A stretch of DNA of 64,000 nt from Gemmatimonadota bacterium (lineage in GTDB: Bacteria; Gemmatimonadota; Gemmatimonadetes; Gemmatimonadales; GWC2-71-9). Location of the stretch: contig QHUY01000017.1 in the NCBI GenBank assembly GCA_003223415.1, positions 6,739-70,738 of the forward strand. Direction: 5' to 3'. A program made the translations under genes and the position numbers. Shown in pieces: positions 29,565 through 40,140 of this stretch; the stretch's first letter is position 1; every line of letters starts with the position of its first letter. Under the pieces are notes generated by a model, which saw only the letters and a program-made list of their open reading frames with translations, was not told the DNA's origin and made no database searches.

Positions 29565-30276
29565 CGACGATGGAGCGGCCGACACGGCGGCGCTGTCGAT
29601 GGTCGAGCCGGTGGTCACGGAGACAATGGCGGAGCTCTACCTGAAGCAAGGCCACCGCGAAGACGCGCTGCGGGTTTACGAGGCGCTGCTGGCGCGGCAT
29701 CCGGGGGACGCACGACTGCGGGCCAAAGTAAACGCGCTCTCCCCTGGGAGACCGGGAAAGGGTGGGGGGAAGAGCGGCCAGTCAGTGGGCGCGTTCTTGA
29801 GGAGTGTGCTGGCGGGGGCTGAGGCGAGGGAGGGGATGAAGGCGCCCGTCGCCACGGCGCCCGGGGGAGGAGGGGCATCAACGCCCACGCTCGATGGCGC
29901 TTTCGCCGGGACCGAGGACCCGGGGCCCGGCGCACCGACCCGCCCCGCCGCCGATTCGATCTCCCTCGACTCAGTATTCGGCGATGTCGGCGAGGGCGGC
30001 GACAGAGGCCGTGCCTCGCTCGCGCCGGTTGGGCCACCTGCCGGTTCTTCATCTCCCGTCCCGACGTCCACTCCCGCTCCCGGGGTGGGTTCTCGTTCGA
30101 CGAGTTCTTCAGCGCACCGAGCGCCCCCGCTGCCGCTTCCCCTCCTCCCGCGGCCGAAGCGCCGCCAGGGCAGAAAGACAGCGCGTCCCCGCCGCCGCGT
30201 GTCTCTGGGGGCCAGCCACGGTCCCCTGAGAACGAGGGAGAACTGGACCATTTCCAGGCCTGGCTCAAAGGGCTGA
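29431..30276 (+). CDS. TPR protein, C-terminal part (probably the same gene as 28692; tail again out of frame)
   Basis: Pro-rich linker, then a TPR-like TETMAELYLKQGHREDALRVYEALLARHPGD. The last ~60 aa are Arg-rich. An alternative frame ends ...[14 protein letters not shown] at 30284. Confidence 0.5.
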   Translation: MPEDVTPRRSPPAAAPPPPPSPPPAPRRTPPPAPAPVPAAVAASDDDGAADTAALSMVEPVVTETMAELYLKQGHREDALRVYEALLARHPGDARLRAKVNALSPGRPGKGGGKSGQSVGAFLRSVLAGAEAREGMKAPVATAPGGGGASTPTLDGAFAGTEDPGPGAPTRPAADSISLDSVFGDVGEGGDRGRASLAPVGPPAGSSSPVPTSTPAPGVGSRSTSSSAHRAPPLPLPLLPRPKRRQGRKTARPRRRVSLGASHGPLRTRENWTISRPGSKG

Positions 30277-30300
30277 AGTCTTAGTGGTGGAACGGCCCTA

Positions 30301-30717
30301 GTGCGCATCGCCGTGCTGAACGGCCCGAATCTCAATCTGCTGGGGGAACGTGAGCCGGACGTCTACGGCCGCGCTACGCTGGCGGAGGTCGAGGCCGCGA
30401 CGCAGGAGCGGGCCCGCGCCCTCGGTGTCGAGTGCACCTGGACACAGACCAACCACGAGGGACAGCTGGTCGAGGCGATCCAGGGGCTGCGCGGCCGGGC
30501 CGACGGCGCGGTGATCAACGCAGCCGCCTTCACGCACACAAGCCTGGCAGTGCGCGACGCCTTGCTCGCGGTGCGGGTGCCGTTCGTCGAGGTGCACCTC
30601 TCGAACATCTTCGCCCGAGAGCCGGCGGTCGGCGTCGTCACCGGATTCGGTGCCGACAGTTACCGGTTGGGACTCGAGGGGCTGGTCGGGTATCTCGGGT
30701 CCCGCCATGCCCGCTGA
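30301..30717 (+). CDS. aroQ: type II 3-dehydroquinate dehydratase
   Basis: Has [22 protein letters not shown] and [10 protein letters not shown]...[10 protein letters not shown]. Confidence 0.9.
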   Translation: MRIAVLNGPNLNLLGEREPDVYGRATLAEVEAATQERARALGVECTWTQTNHEGQLVEAIQGLRGRADGAVINAAAFTHTSLAVRDALLAVRVPFVEVHLSNIFAREPAVGVVTGFGADSYRLGLEGLVGYLGSRHAR

Positions 30718-31801
30718 CCGGCGGCGCGAGCGGCAGGAGGCGCTGGTCCGGGCCCTCGAGGCCGAAGGACTGGATGCGCTGCTCGTCACGGCGCTCCCCA
30801 ACGTCCGGTACTTGACCGGCTTCAGCGGTTCGGCGGCGCTGGTGGTCGTGACGAAGGCCGACACGCTGCTGGTGACGGACTTCCGGTACGACGAGCAGGC
30901 GGTGGCAGAGGCGGGTGCGGTGGCGCGGGTGGTGGTCGAACGGACGAGCGCGTGGGACCGGCTGTTCCGCGAGCTGGCGGGCTTCGGGACCCTCGAGTGG
31001 ATCGGATACGAAGCTCACGCGCTGACGGTCAAGGATGCTGAGCGTCTCAGTGGCGCAGGCCGGGCGTGGCGCTGGCGGGCGGCGGGGGAGTGCGTCGAGC
31101 GGCTGCGGGCGCGCAAGGATCCGGAGGAGGTCGCCGCGATTCGAGCGGCGGCGTCGCTCGCGGGGGGAGCCCTGCGGGAGACGCTCACGACCGTGCGGGT
31201 GGGGATGACCGAGCGTGAGATCGCCGGCCGGCTCGAGGGCGCCTTGCGGCGGCTCGGCAGTGAAGGACACCCGTTTCCGACCATCGTGGCGTCGGGACCG
31301 CGCACCGCGCTGCCGCACGCGCGCACGAGCCCGCGCGCCGTAGAGACTGGGGACTGGTTGCTGCTCGATTTCGGCGCTCAGGTGGACGGGTACTGCGCCG
31401 ACATCACCCGCACCGTGGTCGTGGGGGCCAAGGCGACGGAGGCGCAGCAGGCCCTGTACGAGCTGGTGCGCGTGGCCCAGCGGCGCGCCCGTGAGGGGGT
31501 ACGGGCGGGGATGCCGGGTCGCGAGGCCGACGCGCTGGCGCGAGAGCTCATTGAAGCCCGCGGCTTCGGCGACGCGTTCGGCCACTCGCTGGGTCACGGG
31601 CTGGGGCTCGAGGTGCACGAGGCGCCTCGGCTCGCTAAGACCAACACCGAGCCGCTGCCGGCGGACGCCGTCGTGACCATTGAGCCGGGGATCTATCTGG
31701 CGGGGCAGGGCGGCGTGCGGATCGAGGATGACGTGCATCTGGCTGAAGGCGGTCCCCTGCTGCTGTCCGACGGCGCGACCGAACTCCTTGAGTTGACGTG
31801 A
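30707..31801 (+). CDS. pepP: Xaa-Pro aminopeptidase (M24B)
   Basis: ATG 30707. Creatinase_N-like N-terminus. Metal ligands in [29 protein letters not shown] and IEPGIY. Confidence 0.85.
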   Translation: MPADRRRERQEALVRALEAEGLDALLVTALPNVRYLTGFSGSAALVVVTKADTLLVTDFRYDEQAVAEAGAVARVVVERTSAWDRLFRELAGFGTLEWIGYEAHALTVKDAERLSGAGRAWRWRAAGECVERLRARKDPEEVAAIRAAASLAGGALRETLTTVRVGMTEREIAGRLEGALRRLGSEGHPFPTIVASGPRTALPHARTSPRAVETGDWLLLDFGAQVDGYCADITRTVVVGAKATEAQQALYELVRVAQRRAREGVRAGMPGREADALARELIEARGFGDAFGHSLGHGLGLEVHEAPRLAKTNTEPLPADAVVTIEPGIYLAGQGGVRIEDDVHLAEGGPLLLSDGATELLELT

Positions 31802-31869
31802 CCTGACGAGCACCGGGGGGGTTGCGGTGATTGACGCCGCGGGCGCCTCGGTACTCTATTTGGGCTCTT

Positions 31870-32367
31870 ATGAACCTCGACATCATCGCCCAGCTGGTGC
31901 AGATCCTGAAGGAGGCCCCCGAGCTGGGCGCGATCGAGGTGCGGCGGGGGCTGTTCGGGTTCTGGTCGTCGGTGCGCGTCTCGAAGGCGGGCCATGCCGC
32001 CAATACGGGAGGCCCGCATCTGGTCGTGACGGCTTCCGCGCCATCTCCCGCATCCCTGCTCCCCACGGCGGCGGGGACGGAGGCGGGAGCCGGGAAACGG
32101 GAGGTCGCGCCGGCCGCGCCCCAACTCCTCGAGATCAAGTCTCCCATGGTCGGGACGTTCTACAAGTCGCCTGAGCCGGGGGCGGAGCCGTACGTGAAGG
32201 TCGGCAGCCGGGTCGCCGTGGGTCAGGTGGTCTGCATCATCGAGGCGATGAAGATCATGAACGAAATCGAGTCCGAGGTGCAGGGCGTGATCCGGGAGGT
32301 CCTCGTGGAGAACGCCCAGCCCGTGGAATTCGGACAGGTCCTTTGCCGGGTCGATCCCTATGCCTGA
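31870..32367 (+). CDS. accB: acetyl-CoA carboxylase biotin carboxyl carrier protein
   Basis: ATG 31870. Biotinyl motif [12 protein letters not shown]. Confidence 0.9.
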   Translation: MNLDIIAQLVQILKEAPELGAIEVRRGLFGFWSSVRVSKAGHAANTGGPHLVVTASAPSPASLLPTAAGTEAGAGKREVAPAAPQLLEIKSPMVGTFYKSPEPGAEPYVKVGSRVAVGQVVCIIEAMKIMNEIESEVQGVIREVLVENAQPVEFGQVLCRVDPYA

Positions 32368-33525
32368 CGCTCCCCATTCCGGTTCGCCCGCCTTCAACTT
32401 CAAATCGGCCATCACCCAGATGGTCCAGCGCAACGGGTCGGATCTCCTGCTGAAGGTGGGCCGGCCGGCCACGATCCGCGTGAACGGTGAGCTCGTGGGA
32501 CTCGATACAGCGCCGCTCAAGCCTGAGGAGCTCAAGTCGCTGGCCGAGCAGATCATGACGCCGCGTCAGGTCAAGGAGTTCGCCGAGCACAAGGAAGCCG
32601 ACTTCGCGATCGGCGTGCCGGGCGTCGGGCGGTTCCGGACCAACGTCTATCAGCAGCGCGGCACCGTCGCGTTCGCCTTCCGGGCGATCCCCTACGAAGT
32701 GAAGACGATCAAGGACCTGTCGCTCCCCCCGGTGCTGGAGGAGATCGCGCTCAAGCCGCGGGGGCTGGCGCTGGTGACGGGCGTGACGGGTTCGGGCAAA
32801 TCGACCGCCCTCGCCGCGATGGTCAACCACATCAATCTGAACCGGCGGGTCAACGTCATCACGATCGAGGACCCGATCGAATTCCTGCACCGCGACAATC
32901 TCGCCAACATCTCGCAGCGCGAGGTGGGCAACGACACCCTGTCGTTCAACTCCGCGCTGCGACACGTCCTGCGCCAGGACCCCGACGTCATCTTGATCGG
33001 CGAGATCCGCGACCTGGAGACGCTGGACACGGCGCTCAAGGCGGCCGACACCGGCCACCTCGTGTTCTCGACGCTGCACACGACCGATGCCACGCAGAGC
33101 ATCACCCGGGTGATCTCGTTCTTCCCACCGCACCAGCACGAGGAGGTCCGCCACCTCCTCTCCACCGCCCTGCAGGCGGTGATCTCGCTGCGCCTGGTGC
33201 CGCGCAAGGACGGCAAGGGGCGCGTCCCCGCCGCGGAGGTGCTCATCAACACCGCGGCGGTGCAGGACAACATCCGCGACCTGGCCAAGGCGCTGAACAT
33301 CCCCGACCTGATCGCCGAAGGCTCGGTGCAGTACGGGATGCAGAGCTTCGACCAGTCGCTCTTCTACTGGTACAAGCACGGCGTCATCAGCTACGAGAGC
33401 GCGGTCTTCTTCGCCACGAACCCGAGCGAATTCGCGCTGAAGGTGTCGGGGGTCGACTCCTCGGCCGACCGGCTGGGCGGCACCCCCGGCGCGCGCGCGG
33501 CCGGCGCGATCGACCTGACGCCCTG

Positions 33526-33526
<1 letters not shown>
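32360..33526 (+). CDS. pilT: type IV pilus retraction ATPase PilT family
   Basis: Walker [10 protein letters not shown], Asp box ITIEDPIEF, Walker [11 protein letters not shown] and His box [11 protein letters not shown]. Confidence 0.85.
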
Positions 33527-34880
<1,354 letters not shown>

Positions 34881-34884
<4 letters not shown>

Positions 34885-35600
34885 AGATCGCCGTCCTGTT
34901 CACCCCGCTCGGCCTGAGCGCCCCGGAGCTCGCCGGCCGGGGGGTCGTCGTCATCGACGTGTTGCGGGCCGCCACGACGGTCATCACCGCCCTGGCCAAC
35001 GGGGCCAAAGCCATCGTCCCCGCCGCCACCTCCGAGGAAGCCGTGCGGCTCACCGCCAACCTCGAGAAGGACGGTCTCCTCCTGGCGGGCGAGCGCAAGT
35101 GCTTGAAAATCGAAGGCTTCGCCCTCGGTAACTCGCCCCGCGAGATGACCCCGGAGGTCGTGAGCGGCAAGACCATCTTCCTCGCCACCACCAACGGGAC
35201 GCCCGCCCTCGTCGCGGCGCAAGGCGGCGATCCGGTGATGGTCGGCGGCGCGGTGAACTTCAAGGCACTGGTGGAGCGGGCCCGTGCCGTGTTCGCCGAG
35301 CGCGGCGACCTGGTGATCGTGTGCGCCGGGCGTGAGCGCGAGTTCGCCCTCGAGGACGCCTACACCGCCGGCCGGCTGGTCCGGGCGCTGAAGCGCGGAT
35401 CCCGGAAGCTGCGACTCAACGACGCGGCCACGGCCGCGGTGGACCTGACCACCCACTACGACGACTGGGCCGACGCCCTGAGCCACTGCGAGGCGGCCCG
35501 GCAGCTCGCCGAGGTCGACCTCGGCGCGGACGTCGCCTTCAGCGCCAAACCGGACCGCTTCACCGTCGTGCCCACCTACGCAGATCGCCGCATTACATGA
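34881..35600 (+). CDS. comB: 2-phosphosulfolactate phosphatase family protein
   Basis: 239 aa. VVVIDVLRAATTV...ATTNGT pattern of the ComB family. Confidence 0.75.
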
Positions 35601-37798
35601 ACCGGAAGGCCCGCCAAGAACTGATCGGCATCGGCGCCCTGGTCGTCGGGCTGTTCCTCGGCCTCACCCTGCTGCGACTCCCGATCACAGGCAGCTGGGG
35701 GCAAGGGATCGGCTCCCTGCTGTGGCAGATCGTCGGCGTAGGGGCCGTGCTGCTCCCGGCGCTCGGCATCGGGTGGGCGCTGGCCGCCTTCGAGCGCCTG
35801 GGCCGCCTGTCGAGCACCCGGGCGGCCGCGCTGGGAGCGGGGCTGGTCCTGCTGCTCCCCTACGGCATCGGCATCGCGACGGGACCCGGCATTCCCGCCG
35901 ACTACGCAACCTGGGGCCCGACCCAGAAGCTCGTCGGCACGCTCCCGACGGTGCTGGTCCGGGGAGTCCACAGCGCCGTGGGCACGGCCGGGGGCGTGCT
36001 GGTCGGCCTGTTCGCGCTGTCCGCCTTGGGGATCCTCACGATGGGATGGCATCCGCTCGTGGTCCTGAGAACCCGGGCGGCGGCGAGCGGGCGGCGGGAT
36101 GCGGGAAGCGGGATGCGGGATGGGTTGAAGGCGGCAGCGAGACCTCCTGAGGTCATTGCCGCCCCGCATCCCGTATCCCGGATCCCGAAGGAGCGGAAGG
36201 GACGGGGGGAGCCCACGCATCCCCCATCGCGCATCCCGCATCCCGTTCCCGAAGGGGTGCTCATTCCCCCGATCGAGCTCCTGACGCCCGCCCCCCCCGG
36301 GGACGGCAACGCCGGGCTGGCTCAGATCGAGCAGATGGGGCACAAGCTGATCGAGACGCTGCAGACCTTTCGCGTCGAAGGCTCGATCGCCGGCCGCACC
36401 GTCGGGCCCGTGGTGACGCAGTACGAGGTGGCGCCGGGGCCGGGCGTGAAGGTGGGTCGGATCGCCGCCCTCGCTGACGACCTGGCGCTCGCGATGCGCG
36501 CACCCTCCCTCCGCATCGTGGCGCCGATCCCGGGGAAGGCGGCGGTCGGGATCGAAGTGCCCAACCCGATGCCGCGGATGGTGCACATCCGCGAGCTGAT
36601 CGAGGGGGGGGAGTACCACCGCGGCACCCGCGTGCTGCCGATCGCCCTTGGCAAGAACCTCGAGGGCGACGCCGTCGTGGCGGATCTCGCGAAGATGCCG
36701 CACCTCCTGATCGCGGGCGTCACGGGCTCGGGGAAATCGGTCTGCATCAACACGATCATCACCAGCCTGCTCTACACACATCCCCCCGAGCGGCTCAAGC
36801 TGCTGATGGTCGACCCGAAGATGGTCGAGCTGTCCATGTACGCGGCGCTGCCGCACCTCGGCCTCCCCGTGGTGACCAACCATCACAAGGCGGCGAGCGT
36901 GCTCAAGTGGGCGGTGTGGGAGATGGAGCGACGCTATCGGCTGCTCCATGCCAACCACGCCCGCAACATCGTGGACTTCAACAAGAAGGTGGACGAGAAG
37001 AAGCCGCTCAAGGGGCCGCGCGAGACGCTCACCACGCAGGCGGGGATCCAGCGGGAACTGCCCCTCGACGGCGAGTACACCGACGGGATCCTCCCCTACA
37101 TCGTCCTCATCGTGGACGAGCTCGCGGACCTGATCCTCACGGTGCAGGGGGAGATCGAGACCCCGCTCGCGACTCTGGCTCAGAAGGCGCGCGCCATCGG
37201 GATCCATATCGTGCTCGCGACGCAACGGCCGTCGGTGAACGTCATCACGGGCCTCATCAAGGCGAACTTCCCGTGCCGGATCGCCTTCCGGGTGTCGGCC
37301 AAGGTGGACAGCCGCACGATTCTCGATCAGAACGGCGCCGAGACGCTGCTCGGTAACGGCGATATGCTGTTCCTCCCACCGGGGAAGAGCGAGCTGTTGC
37401 GGGTGCAGGGCGCGTTCATCTCCACGGAGGAGACCGAGCGCCTCATGGACTGGTACAAGGCGCACGCCGCGGCCGCCGCGCCCGCTGGGTCGAGCATCGG
37501 CGAGCAGGTCGCGGCGCTGGAAGAAGCGGAAAAGGCCGCGGAAGAGGGAGGGGGGAGCGGGGAGCAGGGAGGGGGAGAACGCGATCCCCTGTTCCGACAA
37601 GCCGCTGAGGTCTGCATCCAGAACCAGCTCGGCTCGACCTCGCTGCTGCAGCGTCGCATGAGCATCGGCTACGGCCGCGCGGCGCGCATCATCGACCAGC
37701 TGGAGGTCGCGGGCATTCTGGGCCCGGCCAACGGCAGCAAGCCGCGGGACGTGCTGGTAGGGCTCGAGGAGCTGAACGAGATCTGTGGGGCGACGTAG
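35597..37798 (+). CDS. ftsK: DNA translocase FtsK
   Basis: N-terminal TMs, a linker, a motor domain ([25 protein letters not shown]) and a C-terminal gamma winged helix (LLQRRMSIGYGRAARIID). Confidence 0.9.
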   Translation: MNRKARQELIGIGALVVGLFLGLTLLRLPITGSWGQGIGSLLWQIVGVGAVLLPALGIGWALAAFERLGRLSSTRAAALGAGLVLLLPYGIGIATGPGIPADYATWGPTQKLVGTLPTVLVRGVHSAVGTAGGVLVGLFALSALGILTMGWHPLVVLRTRAAASGRRDAGSGMRDGLKAAARPPEVIAAPHPVSRIPKERKGRGEPTHPPSRIPHPVPEGVLIPPIELLTPAPPGDGNAGLAQIEQMGHKLIETLQTFRVEGSIAGRTVGPVVTQYEVAPGPGVKVGRIAALADDLALAMRAPSLRIVAPIPGKAAVGIEVPNPMPRMVHIRELIEGGEYHRGTRVLPIALGKNLEGDAVVADLAKMPHLLIAGVTGSGKSVCINTIITSLLYTHPPERLKLLMVDPKMVELSMYAALPHLGLPVVTNHHKAASVLKWAVWEMERRYRLLHANHARNIVDFNKKVDEKKPLKGPRETLTTQAGIQRELPLDGEYTDGILPYIVLIVDELADLILTVQGEIETPLATLAQKARAIGIHIVLATQRPSVNVITGLIKANFPCRIAFRVSAKVDSRTILDQNGAETLLGNGDMLFLPPGKSELLRVQGAFISTEETERLMDWYKAHAAAAAPAGSSIGEQVAALEEAEKAAEEGGGSGEQGGGERDPLFRQAAEVCIQNQLGSTSLLQRRMSIGYGRAARIIDQLEVAGILGPANGSKPRDVLVGLEELNEICGAT
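36094..36250. repeat. heptamer-array inverted repeat embedded in frame in the ftsK linker
   Basis: GCGGGAT-type units at 36094-36124. Reverse-complement blocks at 36163-36187 and 36214-36250, both ending CCCGAAGG. Central palindrome GACCTCCTGAGGTC at 36141-36154. Confidence 0.75.
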
Positions 37799-37868
37799 CC
37801 GTCAGTCATCAGCCATCTGCCGTCAGTCACTGATGGCTGATAGCTGACGACTGACGGCAGATGGCTTG
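37798..37868. repeat. palindromic element of degenerate heptamers (CGTCAGT/CATCAGC/CATCTGC) just after the ftsK stop
   Basis: GCCATCTGCCGTCAGTC (37811-37827) pairs perfectly with GACTGACGGCAGATGGC (37849-37865). Alternative pairing registers are possible. Confidence 0.8.
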
Positions 37869-37935
37869 CAAAGGAACGCTTCGGGCGGCGTGAATCCGGT
37901 TATCGCTTCGAATCACGGCGGGCTAGGTTGCAGCC

Positions 37936-38328
37936 GTGAGGAGCGGCCTCCGCAGTGACCCGCAGGAGTGGACCGACGAGCGCCACCGGCAGGGGCTCGC
38001 CGGAGAGCGACAGGCCATCCGCTACCTGCAGAGCCGCGGCTGGTTCGTGCTGGCGCACCGGTTCCGGATGGGCCGCACGGAGATCGATCTGGTCGCCCGG
38101 CGCGGGCGGTTGGTGGCGTTCATCGAGGTGAAGGCGCGGCGGAGCGACGCGTTCGGCAGCCCGCTGGAGGCGGTCACGGGCGCCAAGCGGCGGGAACTCG
38201 TGAAGGCCGCCCGGGCCTGGGTCGACCGGTTAGGCCGGCCCACGGACGTGTACCGATTCGACTGCATCGCCTTGACCGGCGACCGGTTGGAGCATCTGGA
38301 AGACGCGTTCCGCCCCGGGTGGCGCTAA
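37936..38328 (+). CDS. yraN: YraN family (UPF0102) endonuclease-like protein
   Basis: 130 aa. Has [14 protein letters not shown]...EIDLVAR...FIEVKAR. Confidence 0.8.
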   Translation: MRSGLRSDPQEWTDERHRQGLAGERQAIRYLQSRGWFVLAHRFRMGRTEIDLVARRGRLVAFIEVKARRSDAFGSPLEAVTGAKRRELVKAARAWVDRLGRPTDVYRFDCIALTGDRLEHLEDAFRPGWR

Positions 38329-38378
38329 CCCGGGCTTCGGTATATATTCGGGTCTCCAACACCCGAGGCCCGCAACCC

Positions 38379-39460
<1,082 letters not shown>

Positions 39461-39461
<1 letters not shown>

Positions 39462-40090
39462 TGCCGACCCTCACCGGGCTCGCCCCCGATCCGCGCCAGC
39501 CCGGCAACCGGCTGCTCGAGGTGGATCGGGGGCGGTTTGCCTCACTGCCGGCCGACGCACTGGCCGAGCTGCCGCTGGCCCTGGGGCGCGAGATCGCGGC
39601 GCCGGTGCTGGCTCGGCTGCAGGAGTTGGCCGATCTCGAGGCGGCCTACCGGGCCGCGGTGCGGGTCGAGGCGCGCCGGTCCCATGCACGGGCGGACCTG
39701 CGGCGGCGCCTGATCCAGAAGCAGCATCCACCCGCCGCGGTCGACGACGCGCTGGCGCGGCTCACCGGGCAGGGCCTGCTCGACGACGCGCGCTTCGCGC
39801 GAGCGTACGCAGCATCGCGGCTGGGCCGCGGGCGGGGGCCGGCCCGTTTGATCAAGGACTTGCTGGCGCAGGGCGTGGAGCGTCGCCTCGCGGAGACGGC
39901 GGTGGCGCGGGCCGTGACCGACGAGGGCGTGGATCCCGACGAGGAGGCGCGCGCCATCGCGGAGCGGCGCGTGCGCCAGCTCGCCGACCTGCCGGCGCCG
40001 GTGCGCAAACGGCGGCTCACCGCGTACCTGCTGCGCCGCGGATTCAGCGGAGGAAAGATGCGGGCGCTCGTGGAGCGACTGTGCGGGTAA
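39461..40090 (+). CDS. recX: recombination regulator RecX
   Basis: GTG 39461 shares a base with the recA stop. Three-helix repeats (LIQKQHPPAAVDDALARL, FARAYAASR). Confidence 0.8.
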
Positions 40091-40140
40091 GTCCCAGCTA
40101 GCCTTTCAGTTGCCCTCCGGAGCCAGCTATATTCACCGCC

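Noticed and set aside
31831-31869. N-terminal extension of accB in the tracked ORF, with similar extensions at 2411, 17004, 28603, 30650, 37968, 42791, 45119, 46290, 50196, 51911 and 59224
   Set aside because: Internal starts give canonical N-termini, signal peptides or start-stop coupling with the upstream gene. The upstream extensions overlap neighbouring genes or repeats.
37525-37585. G-rich stretch in the ftsK 3' region (EEGGGSGEQGGGE), considered as a repeat arm
   Set aside because: It has no clear 7- or 8-nt periodicity and no complementary partner. It is probably a simple Gly/Glu-rich linker before the gamma domain.
38329-38378. Looked for an SOS/LexA operator upstream of recA (TTCGGTATATATTCGGG) and upstream of ssb
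   Set aside because: I found only an imperfect AT-rich pseudo-palindrome. It matches no LexA box consensus I can name and is not shared between the recA and ssb upstream regions.
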